A stretch of 64,000 nt of DNA from Filomicrobium sp. (GTDB lineage: Bacteria; Pseudomonadota; Alphaproteobacteria; Rhizobiales; Hyphomicrobiaceae): positions 7,542-71,541 of the forward strand of contig JARFQY010000048.1 in the NCBI GenBank assembly GCA_029287535.1, read 5' to 3'. The translations under genes and the position numbers were made by a program. Shown here piece by piece: positions 32,336-41,264 of this stretch. Numbering within the stretch: position 1 is the first letter of the stretch; each line of letters starts with the position of its first letter. The notes under the pieces are model-generated. The model was not told the origin of the DNA and ran no database searches. It saw nothing but the letters and a program-made list of their open reading frames with translations.

Positions 32336-32815
32336 ATGTTGAGAAATCGCACCCAATGGACAACCCCGGTTATCGCAGTGCTGGCACTGCTTGCCGCCGT
32401 ACTGTTTGCGGTGCAGGACGCTCGCGCAGCCAAATCCGAGGTCTTCACGGGCCTCGAAAAAGGCGTCGCCGTCGGTGGCTATGATCCGGTGGCATACTTT
32501 TCTGACGGCAAACCCGTCAAAGGCAGCCAATCCATCGCCCTGGAATACAAAGGAGCCACATGGCGCTTCAGTTCAGAAGCCAACCGGTCAAAGTTTGAAT
32601 CCGACCCGGGCAAATACGCCCCTCAGTACGGCGGCTACTGCGCCTGGGCCGTGAGCAGAGGCTACACAGCGAAAGGCGACCCGCGCGCCTGGACCGTTGT
32701 CGATGGCAAGCTCTATCTGAACTACAATCTCGACGTGCGATCCACCTGGGAGAAGAACATTCCAGGCAACATCGCCAAGGCAAACTCAAACTGGCCGGAA
32801 GTTTTGAAGAAATAG
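32336..32815 (+). CDS. YHS-domain exported protein
   Basis: Signal peptide (...LFAVQDARA). 'GGYDPVAYF', 'WRFSSEANRSKFESDPGKYAPQYGGYCAWAV', 'DGKLYLNYN'. ATG 32336 lies just after the GTG at 32333. Confidence 0.8.
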   Translation: MLRNRTQWTTPVIAVLALLAAVLFAVQDARAAKSEVFTGLEKGVAVGGYDPVAYFSDGKPVKGSQSIALEYKGATWRFSSEANRSKFESDPGKYAPQYGGYCAWAVSRGYTAKGDPRAWTVVDGKLYLNYNLDVRSTWEKNIPGNIAKANSNWPEVLKK

Positions 32816-32889
32816 CCCCCGGCTTGAACAAAGCCCAGCCTTAATGCCGCGCCACTTCGCTCCCCCCGTGCCCCCCTTCGCGGCAACAA

Positions 32890-32933
32890 GACCCCGCCGG
32901 ACACCCCCCCTCTGCCGGCGGGGTCCCCTTTTT
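32890..32933 (+). terminator. Rho-independent terminator after the YHS gene
   Basis: GACCCCGCCGG-(14 nt)-CCGGCGGGGTC followed by CCCTTTTT. Confidence 0.7.
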
Positions 32934-33072
32934 CGCAGCCTCCATTTTGAATGGCTCGTCCCGATCTTGTTCTCGCCGGCTCCAGATCGCACGTCTCGCC
33001 AATCGCGGCCAATGCCGATAGAACGCGTGCATCAGACACGCCGAAGTCGGCGCGCGAAACAGGGGGCGTGCG

Positions 33073-33306
33073 ATGTCGCGATTGATTTTCCTTGTCTGGC
33101 TGGTTGTATCCCTGGGATGGATCCTGGCGGTCGGTGCATTCGCCCAGCACAGCTGGCCGCATATGCCGCTTGATATCAGCCACTCCGACCCGGAAACACG
33201 TGCCGCCTTCGACGAGGCGGTTCTCGCCCATATCGGCAAGCATGCTTTGGTCGCCTTGCTGCCACCGCTCGTCATGCTGCTACTGGCGCGCTTCGTCAGT
33301 CGCTAG
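33073..33306 (+). CDS. Small two-TM membrane protein (hypothetical)
   Basis: 77 aa. RBS AGGGGG 6 nt upstream of ATG. Hydrophobic segments 'LIFLVWLVVSLGWILAVGAF' and 'ALVALLPPLVMLLLA'. Confidence 0.45.
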   Translation: MSRLIFLVWLVVSLGWILAVGAFAQHSWPHMPLDISHSDPETRAAFDEAVLAHIGKHALVALLPPLVMLLLARFVSR

Positions 33307-33328
33307 AGCCGCGGGTTTCAGCGCACAC

Positions 33329-34717
33329 TTAAGCCTTTCTGAGATAGCCGATTTCTATTCCCCGGGTCTCCCGGATGCGGTCCAGGATCTGGCGCACTTC
33401 TCGTGGGTGCAGGGGCAGGTTTGAGTTCTTGGTGCGGTCCAGCTCGAGCGCCCGCAGTTCTTGGAACAGCGGCTCCGCCGTTTCGTGCAGCATGGCAATG
33501 GCGGCAATCGCGCTGCGCTTCATATTCACTGGCACCACCGGGATAACGTCATCGATCATCTCTTTGACATCATGCGAAAGATAACTCGCCATCCGGCCCA
33601 ATATCGAAATCAAGCGCACCTTCAAGGTCTCATGGAATTTGTAGCCGTCCTCCTCCATCCACTCGAACATCTTATCCATGACGATGTCCTTCAGGCGGAG
33701 GTTTGACGTGACCCTGTAGTCCTGCCACTCGGCGATGATTTCAAATCCGGGTTCGAGCTCCAAATCACCAGGCGCGAAGGTTTCCGCCGCGTCGACTCCG
33801 ATGCGGTTGAGGAAGTCCCTGTTCTTCATATCAAGATGGGTCGCAAACGTTGGAAACAGCACCGCCCCGTCGCTGGCTTCACGAAAGGCGCGCCGCACCA
33901 GCTTTGAGCAGTAGAGATTGTGCGTCTTTTCATCGAGCGTCATCGTGAAGTCATACAGAATGCGCTTGCCCCATGGGCTGTTGGCCTGCTGCACGCGGTC
34001 ATGGATCAGCGTCGCAGCCCGCTGCGCCAGATTGGTATCTTTGTGCCGAAACAAAATCGCCCGCCCAAGTTCGTGATCGAGCCACTCCGACAAAGGCTCA
34101 ACGATCGCACCGCGTTCAATCACGCTTTCAACCGCCCAATGGCGGCCGCGGGCATCGATGTACACCATGGCGACATGCGAGAATTGCGAGTCGATGTCGC
34201 CGATGCGAGCGATCGCCGCGCTGTTGTGCAGACGCCCGCGGGTCAAAATCACGTCGCCGGAGCGGAACGCCATGGTCCCGTCGGCATCCCGCTCACCGGC
34301 GCGGTTGTAAAGCGTGTTGTGATTGGTGCCTGTAAAAGCCCGGTAGGTGCGTCCGCCTTCGGGCAGTTGCTCGAAGCCGGTCCAAATCTCCCCCAGGATG
34401 TCGATGGCGTAGCGCGTTGCTCTCAAGCAGTCCCGCGCCGACTTCTGCGCCGGTCGCGACATCAAACCGGCCTTCTGCCAGATGCCGACCCGTTCCCGCA
34501 GCTTCATCTGCAGGTCAAAAAGCGCGAACATCGTCTCCGGCGCTTTTTCGCGCTCCTGGAAGACGTCGTAGCGGAAGAAGTCCTGCTCCTCGAACGAATT
34601 ATAGACACGCTCGAGTGTGGCAGCGAGCACCGACGCGGAACCAATGGGCCGATCCAGCGCGTCGCTAAACACGGCAACCTCATCTAGGAAACGCTTTTGA
34701 ACGGCCGAATCCAGCAC
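33329..34717 (-). CDS. Cytoplasmic protein with a central permuted-papain (YiiX/C92, NlpC/P60-superfamily)-like domain
   Basis: 462 aa. GTG start with GGGAGG 5 nt upstream. 'FRSGDVILTRG...SQFSHVAMVYID' (His block) followed by 'HNLYCSKLVRRAF' (Cys block). No signal peptide. Confidence 0.6.
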   Translation of the reverse strand: MLDSAVQKRFLDEVAVFSDALDRPIGSASVLAATLERVYNSFEEQDFFRYDVFQEREKAPETMFALFDLQMKLRERVGIWQKAGLMSRPAQKSARDCLRATRYAIDILGEIWTGFEQLPEGGRTYRAFTGTNHNTLYNRAGERDADGTMAFRSGDVILTRGRLHNSAAIARIGDIDSQFSHVAMVYIDARGRHWAVESVIERGAIVEPLSEWLDHELGRAILFRHKDTNLAQRAATLIHDRVQQANSPWGKRILYDFTMTLDEKTHNLYCSKLVRRAFREASDGAVLFPTFATHLDMKNRDFLNRIGVDAAETFAPGDLELEPGFEIIAEWQDYRVTSNLRLKDIVMDKMFEWMEEDGYKFHETLKVRLISILGRMASYLSHDVKEMIDDVIPVVPVNMKRSAIAAIAMLHETAEPLFQELRALELDRTKNSNLPLHPREVRQILDRIRETRGIEIGYLRKA

Positions 34718-34807
34718 GCCAACCTCCCTCGCCTGCGACGCTGCCGCGACACGAACAGTGTGCCATGACTGCCTGCAATTTGCACAGGTTCAGGGAAATT
34801 CCGTCAT

Positions 34808-36010
<1,203 letters not shown>

Positions 36011-36119
36011 CTAGCCTGCCGACTGACACCCTCGGCAAGAAACACTGCCACGCCACAACTTAGAACCCGGCCTGACAGAGACCGACACTCGCTTATAGCT
36101 CACTCTCTCGCCAAGATCG

Positions 36120-36135
36120 TTAAGAGAAACTTAAC
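36120..36135 (+). promoter_or_regulatory. CtrA-box consensus (TTAA-N7-TTAAC) upstream of ccrM
   Basis: Exact TTAAGAGAAACTTAAC, about 135-165 nt upstream of the ccrM start. An extra TTAA half-site lies at 36152-36155 and one GANTC (GAGTC) at 36175-36179. Confidence 0.55.
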
Positions 36136-36227
36136 CTCCGTAAACAGTCCGTTAAATTCCTATGTCGCCCCAATGAGTCGAACAAATGACGAACGGCATC
36201 GGTCACGGGTTGCAGCGCCACGCCGCG

Positions 36228-36265
36228 AAAAAGAAAAGGCGCCCCGCGAAAATCGCGAAGCGCCT
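36228..36265 (-). terminator. Rho-independent terminator after the small Cys-rich protein gene
   Basis: On the minus strand: AGGCGC..TCGCG-TTT-CGCGA..GCGCCT followed by TTTTCTTTTT. Confidence 0.6.
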
Positions 36266-36305
36266 GCGTTCAAAATCTCTGCGCGGGTGAGTGCCTGATC
36301 TGGTC

Positions 36306-36698
36306 TTAGTCGCAGTAGCGGTAGAACTTGCGGCACGCCCGTCGGTAGCCATCCTCGCACCCCCAGTACCACTTATCGCAGCGGTGCCGATAGCGGCGGC
36401 GGCTGTAGTAATAATCGCGGTCGCGCGCACGCGCCGCTCCGGCGATCAAAGCACCAGCAACGATGCCGCCGACGATTGCGGGACCCAGATAGCGACCACG
36501 TCGGCCGGCCACGACGATGGACTGAGGCTTGACGTTCGCAGCTGCAAGAGCACCGGCGGGAGTTGGCGCCGACGGCCCGTTCAACGTGACGCTCGGCGTC
36601 TGCGGCGAACCAGCCTCAGCCGCCCAGGCCGTTTGACCAACAAACGGCATCACGGCAACCAATGCTGCAAAAGCGACGAGTTTCATCAGCATCTTCAT
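36306..36698 (-). CDS. Small exported protein with a glycine zipper and a Cys/Tyr/Arg-rich tail (hypothetical)
   Basis: 130 aa. RBS AGGAGAG. Signal peptide 'MKMLMKLVAFAALVAVMPFVGQTAWA'. 'LGPAIVGGIVAGALIAGAA'. Tail 'DYYYSRRRYRHRCDKWYWGCEDGYRRACRKFYRYCD'. Confidence 0.65.
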   Translation of the reverse strand: MKMLMKLVAFAALVAVMPFVGQTAWAAEAGSPQTPSVTLNGPSAPTPAGALAAANVKPQSIVVAGRRGRYLGPAIVGGIVAGALIAGAARARDRDYYYSRRRYRHRCDKWYWGCEDGYRRACRKFYRYCD

Positions 36699-36833
36699 TT
36701 CAACTCTCCTAGTTTGACGTCGCCCGGCTTCGTCTCTTTGCCCGGCAACCCGGCGCTAGGCCCCCGTAGCCTGCGCCGCTGAATTCTATAGCCGAAAAGC
36801 CGTCCGCACACCCGGGTAATTTGAGCGCCGGGA

Positions 36834-36862
36834 CCTGAACCCATAATGAACGTTCCTGAACC
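36834..36862. repeat. Direct repeat CCTGAACC x2, 21 bp start-to-start
   Basis: CCTGAACC at 36834-36841 and at 36855-36862, about 140-165 nt upstream of the minus-strand Cys-rich protein gene. Confidence 0.4.
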
Positions 36863-37240
36863 GGGTTCGCTCCGTCTTTGACCGCAAGCTGGTCTCGCGC
36901 CCTGTGACTTCTGAGTCTAAGCGGGAATTGCGGCATCTTTTTTTGCGCGCGTCTCAGACTTCGGGTTATTGCGCAACCGCTTGTGATCGGCCTATCAACG
37001 AAAGCAAGATCACCGCACGTCACCCACCCGCCCCATAAGCACACGGTGAACATTAGACCTTGTCCGCCAGCCTGACGCTCAAAAAGGGCCAGACGCCAAA
37101 GCCGCTGGCAGCAGGGGTCCGATGCCGTTCTCAACCCTGAAAAATGAGACCCGTGCCGAAAGGGGATGGATTCATCGCAGACCTTGGTATACGATATGCC
37201 AAGGTGGAAACGTCTCGATAACAAGACGAGAGAATAACAA

Positions 37241-37714
37241 ATGAGATCGCTCGTCCTCGCAATCGCACTATTTCTCTTTTGGCTGGCACTCTCCGGACAT
37301 TACACGCCCTTCCTTCTGACGATAGGGCTGCTTTGCGTTGCGTTGACGGTGTTTGTCGCCTCTCGCATGCTCATTGTCGACGATGAGGGCCAGCCGATGG
37401 AGTTGCTGTTGGCGGCCCCCGCGTACTGGGCTTGGCTTTATGTCGAAATCGCCAAATCCGCGGTCACCGTCACCCGCATCATCCTCGATCCCAGCCTGCC
37501 AATCTCACCGACATTCACGAGAGTTCGCGCCAGCCAGAAGACGACGGCGGGCCTGGCGACCTATGCCAACTCGATAACGCTGACGCCCGGCACCATTACA
37601 ACCGGGGTCGAAAATGACATTCTCACCGTTCACGCCATTATCCGCGAAGGGGCAGACGACCTTGAAGCCGGCGGCATGGACAAGCGTGTTCGGCAATTCG
37701 AGGGAGATGCCTGA
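37241..37714 (+). CDS. mrpE: Mrp/Mnh/Pha antiporter subunit E
   Basis: 157 aa. 'WLALSG', 'ANSITLTPGTIT' signature. Confidence 0.85.
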   Translation: MRSLVLAIALFLFWLALSGHYTPFLLTIGLLCVALTVFVASRMLIVDDEGQPMELLLAAPAYWAWLYVEIAKSAVTVTRIILDPSLPISPTFTRVRASQKTTAGLATYANSITLTPGTITTGVENDILTVHAIIREGADDLEAGGMDKRVRQFEGDA

Positions 37715-38008
37715 ATGTTTGTTCTCGCAACCGCGGCCGTTCTCCTCGCCCTGCTCCTGGCGGTCGTTCGTGCCATTCGCGGACCGACCGTTTTTGACCG
37801 CGTGTTGGCCGGCAACACCGTCGGCACGCTTGCCATTCTGCTGCTTGCCTCGATCGGCTTCTTGACCGGCCGGCCGGAGTTCCTGGACATCGGCCTGACC
37901 TACGGCCTTTTGAATCTGATCGGAACCTTCGCCGTTTTGAAGTTCTTCCGTCACGGCGACCTTGCCTATGACGTCGATGACGACAAGGAGGGCAAGGCAT
38001 GGAAATAA
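37715..38008 (+). CDS. mrpF: Mrp antiporter subunit F
   Basis: 97 aa, 3 TM. 'RAIRGPTVFDRVLAGNTVGT'. The ATG immediately follows the mrpE stop. Confidence 0.85.
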   Translation: MFVLATAAVLLALLLAVVRAIRGPTVFDRVLAGNTVGTLAILLLASIGFLTGRPEFLDIGLTYGLLNLIGTFAVLKFFRHGDLAYDVDDDKEGKAWK

Positions 38009-38379
38009 TCGCCGACGCCATCTCCTGGGTGTTGATCGCCCTGGGCAGCTTCTTCCTGGTCAGCGGCGCCATTGGCCTGATACGCATGCCCGACGTCTAT
38101 ACGCGCATGCACGCGGCAAGCGTCATCGACACGCTTGGCGCCATGCTCCTGATCCTCGGCCTGATCTTCCAGGCGGGTTTCACGCTTCTGACGCTCAAGC
38201 TGCTTTTCGTGATCGCGCTGTTGTTTTTCTTCGGGCCGGTTGCAAGCCACGCGCTGGCACAGGCCGCCTTGCATGCCGGAATTGAACCGATTCTCGCCGA
38301 AGACCGCCGCGCTCGCGAAGTCCCTGCCGCACAGCCGCCCGAACCACCCGGCGAGCACAAAGGAGCGCCTTCCGCATGA
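37999..38379 (+). CDS. mrpG: Mrp antiporter subunit G
   Basis: 'GAIGLIRMPDVYTRMHAASVIDTLGA'. Overlaps mrpF by 10 nt. Confidence 0.85.
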   Translation: MEIIADAISWVLIALGSFFLVSGAIGLIRMPDVYTRMHAASVIDTLGAMLLILGLIFQAGFTLLTLKLLFVIALLFFFGPVASHALAQAALHAGIEPILAEDRRAREVPAAQPPEPPGEHKGAPSA

Positions 38380-38966
38380 TTGGGACCCCCAGTGCCGAAG
38401 CCTTCGTCATGGCGGTCCTGCTAACGCTTCTGGCTGCCGTCACCATCGCCATCGCCCGCCAGCGCAACATGTTCGGCGTCGTCATTTTGGCGAGCATCTA
38501 CAGCTTCCTGATGGCCTCGCTGATGATCGTACTCGACGCCGTCGACGTCGCCATGACGGAAGCTTCGGTCGGAGCCGGCATTTCAACGGTCATTTTGCTG
38601 ACCACGCTGTATCTGACCGGCTCGATGGAATATCCGCAGCGCCGCAGCGTCGCGATTCCGCTGTTCGTTAGCATTGTCGTTGGCGCGGCATTGGTCTGGG
38701 GAACCATTGGCTTGCCGGCCTTCGGCATCTCCGACGCACCCATCCACCAGCATGTTGCTCCCACCTACATCGACTTCTCGAGAAAACACGACATGCCGCC
38801 CAACATCGTCACCGCGGTCCTCGCTGATTTCCGCGGCTTCGATACCTTGGGCGAGACCACCGTCGTATTCACGGCGGGGATCGGTGTGTTGCTGTTGTTG
38901 CAGGGCGGCTGGCGCATCGGCGGCTCACGGCGGGACGAAGAGACTGAAGGAGACGACGAGATATGA
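38376..38966 (+). CDS. MrpA C-terminal-like / MbhD-like subunit (DUF4040 plus MnhB-type segment)
   Basis: ATGA overlap. 'DAVDVAMTEASVGAGISTVILL' (DUF4040-like), then 'NIVTAVLADFRGFDTLGETTVVFTAGIGV' (MnhB-domain-like). Confidence 0.75.
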   Translation: MIGTPSAEAFVMAVLLTLLAAVTIAIARQRNMFGVVILASIYSFLMASLMIVLDAVDVAMTEASVGAGISTVILLTTLYLTGSMEYPQRRSVAIPLFVSIVVGAALVWGTIGLPAFGISDAPIHQHVAPTYIDFSRKHDMPPNIVTAVLADFRGFDTLGETTVVFTAGIGVLLLLQGGWRIGGSRRDEETEGDDEI

Positions 38967-39382
38967 GACTCGATCTGATCCTCAGGGTCGGCGCCAAGCT
39001 CATCCTGCCCTTCATTCTGTTGTTCGCACTCTACGTTCAGTTTCACGGAGACTACGGACCGGGCGGCGGCTTCCAAGCCGGCGTTATCGCCGCCGGCATG
39101 GTCATCCTTTACGCGATCATCTTCGGCGTCCACGCGGCCAAACGGATTGCCCCACCCATCATGGTTGAAATGATGGTGCCCATGGGGGTCGCCATCTTCA
39201 CCGGTGCCGGAATTGCTGGCCTTTTGATGGGCAATAACTTCCTCGACTACACCGGGTTCGCGCACGATTACCTTCATGCTCACGAGTGGGGGATCCTGAT
39301 TGTCGAACTCGGCGTGCTCGTGACTGTTTGCGGCACCATGGTGGCCATGTTCTACGCGTTCGTGCAAAGGGGGCGCTCTTGA
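38963..39382 (+). CDS. mrpB: Mrp antiporter subunit B
   Basis: ATGA overlap. 'ALYVQFHGDYGPGGGFQAGVI' signature. Confidence 0.8.
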   Translation: MRLDLILRVGAKLILPFILLFALYVQFHGDYGPGGGFQAGVIAAGMVILYAIIFGVHAAKRIAPPIMVEMMVPMGVAIFTGAGIAGLLMGNNFLDYTGFAHDYLHAHEWGILIVELGVLVTVCGTMVAMFYAFVQRGRS

Positions 39383-39750
39383 TGGAAATGCTCGAGACTT
39401 TTGCCGCCCACTACAATTACTTCATCACCATCTTCTTGATGATTTCCGGGCTATTCATCGTCATTGCCCGCGGCAATCTCATCAAGAAGCTTGTCGGTCT
39501 GTCATTGTTTCAGACCTCGGTCTACTTGCTCTACCTCACCCCTGCCAAGATCCTCGGCGGGACCGCTCCGATCTACGACGAGAGCTACAAGCTCTACTCC
39601 AACCCTCTTCCGCACGTCTTGATGCTGACGGCAATCGTCGTCGGCGTGGCCACGCTGTCCCTCGGCCTCGCCCTAGTGGTGCGCATCAAAGAGGCCTACG
39701 GAACCGTCGAAGAGGACGAAATCTTTGCAAAGGACCCTGAGGCAGAATGA
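39382..39750 (+). CDS. mrpC: Mrp antiporter subunit C (NuoK-like)
   Basis: Start at ATG 39382, overlapping the TGA of mrpB. 122 aa, 3 TM. 'GNLIKKLVGLSLFQTSVYLLYL'. Confidence 0.8.
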   Translation: MEMLETFAAHYNYFITIFLMISGLFIVIARGNLIKKLVGLSLFQTSVYLLYLTPAKILGGTAPIYDESYKLYSNPLPHVLMLTAIVVGVATLSLGLALVVRIKEAYGTVEEDEIFAKDPEAE

Positions 39751-41264
39751 ATGCGCTAAGCTGGGGAGCGGCCGAACCGCATCTTCCAATCCTTGTTGTG
39801 GTCATTCCCTTGGTGGGCGCGTTGCTGACAACGTTCCTGCGCAACGGCTTCTTGGCCTGGCTGGTGGCTACGCTGGTCGCATTCACACTACCGTTCATAA
39901 CGATACATCTGCTGCTCACCGTTCTCGAAACCGGACAACCCATCACCTACAAAATCGGCAATTGGGAAGCCCCCTTCGGGATCGTTTACAGGGTCGATCA
40001 GCTGTCCGGATATGTCCTTTCGGTCATCGCCATCATTGGCGCCGTCATCATGCCGTTTGCGCGGCGCAGCGTTGTCGCGGAAATCGATGAACGGGCACGT
40101 TCCTGGTACTACACCATGTACCTTCTGTGCCTGGCCGGACTACTTGGCATTGTCATCACCGGAGACGCGTTCAACGCGTTTGTGTTCCTCGAGGTCTCGT
40201 CACTCGCCACCTACGTCCTGATCGCCCTGGGCAAGAACCGGCGCGCCCTGCTGGCGGCCTACCAATACCTGATCATGGGCACCATCGGCGCCACCTTGTA
40301 CGTCGTCGGCGTCGGCCTTCTTTATGTGGTAACTGGCACCTTGAACTTTGATGACATGGCGAGCCGCCTCAGTGCCGCCATCGTCGACCCCGGACAACGC
40401 AACGCCGTCGTTACCGCCCTTGGCTTCATGGTTGTCGGTCTATCTTTGAAACTCGCGCTGTTCCCCATGCACATGTGGCTGCCGAACGCCTACGCCTACG
40501 CGCCGTCGTTTGCGACCGCGTTTCTGGCCGGAACGGCGACCAAGGCTGCGATCTATCTCCTGGTCCGCGTTGTCTTCTCCGTTTTTGGTGTCGGCATGAC
40601 GCTTGAGAACCTGCCGATCGGAGAAGTCGTGATTGTCTTGTCGATCGCCGCGATGTTCCTTGCGTCCATCAGCGCCGTATTCGAGACCAACGCCAAGCGC
40701 ATGCTCGCCTATTCGTCAGTGGCGCAGATTGGGTACATCACGCTTGGCATTGCAATCGCGAACCAAGCCGGCTTAACCGGCTCACTTGCCCACATCGCCA
40801 ATCACGCCGTCATGAAGACCGCACTCTTCCTGGCGCTCGGTGCCGTCTTCTACCGGGTCGGCTCGGTGCTGTACGACGACATCTCAGGCATCGGCCGCAA
40901 AATGCCCTTGACCATGGCCGCCTTCGCGATTGCCGGACTGGGCTTGATGGGAACGCCTGGCACGGCGGGCTTCATCTCGAAATGGTACCTGGCCGTCGCG
41001 GCAATAGACGACGGCATGTATTCGGTCGTCTTTCTGATCGTTGCCAGTTCCCTGATCTCAGTGGTCTACATCGGCCGCATCACCGAGGTCGTCTGGTTTC
41101 GCGAACCCTCTAAGGCAGCCGCCCAGGCGAAAGAGGCACCACTGTCCATGCTGATACCGCTGTGGCTGTTGGCTTTCGCCACGGTCTATCTGGGCTTCGA
41201 CACGCGCGCCACTGTCGGCACGGCGTCGGAAGCCGCCAAGGTCCTGCTCGAGGGGGTCCGCTGA
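39747..41264 (+). CDS. mrpD: MrpD/NuoN-like proton-translocating antiporter subunit (paralog 1)
   Basis: 505 aa, polytopic. 'MHMWLPNAYAYAPS', 'KRMLAYSSVAQIGY'. ATGA overlap upstream. Confidence 0.85.
   Translation: MNALSWGAAEPHLPILVVVIPLVGALLTTFLRNGFLAWLVATLVAFTLPFITIHLLLTVLETGQPITYKIGNWEAPFGIVYRVDQLSGYVLSVIAIIGAVIMPFARRSVVAEIDERARSWYYTMYLLCLAGLLGIVITGDAFNAFVFLEVSSLATYVLIALGKNRRALLAAYQYLIMGTIGATLYVVGVGLLYVVTGTLNFDDMASRLSAAIVDPGQRNAVVTALGFMVVGLSLKLALFPMHMWLPNAYAYAPSFATAFLAGTATKAAIYLLVRVVFSVFGVGMTLENLPIGEVVIVLSIAAMFLASISAVFETNAKRMLAYSSVAQIGYITLGIAIANQAGLTGSLAHIANHAVMKTALFLALGAVFYRVGSVLYDDISGIGRKMPLTMAAFAIAGLGLMGTPGTAGFISKWYLAVAAIDDGMYSVVFLIVASSLISVVYIGRITEVVWFREPSKAAAQAKEAPLSMLIPLWLLAFATVYLGFDTRATVGTASEAAKVLLEGVR

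Noticed and set aside
36709-37224. 171-aa minus-strand ORF filling the Mrp leader.
   Set aside because: It has no RBS, no motif, and a Cys/Arg-rich random-looking translation. It is treated as non-coding, but the region is flagged as a long leader.
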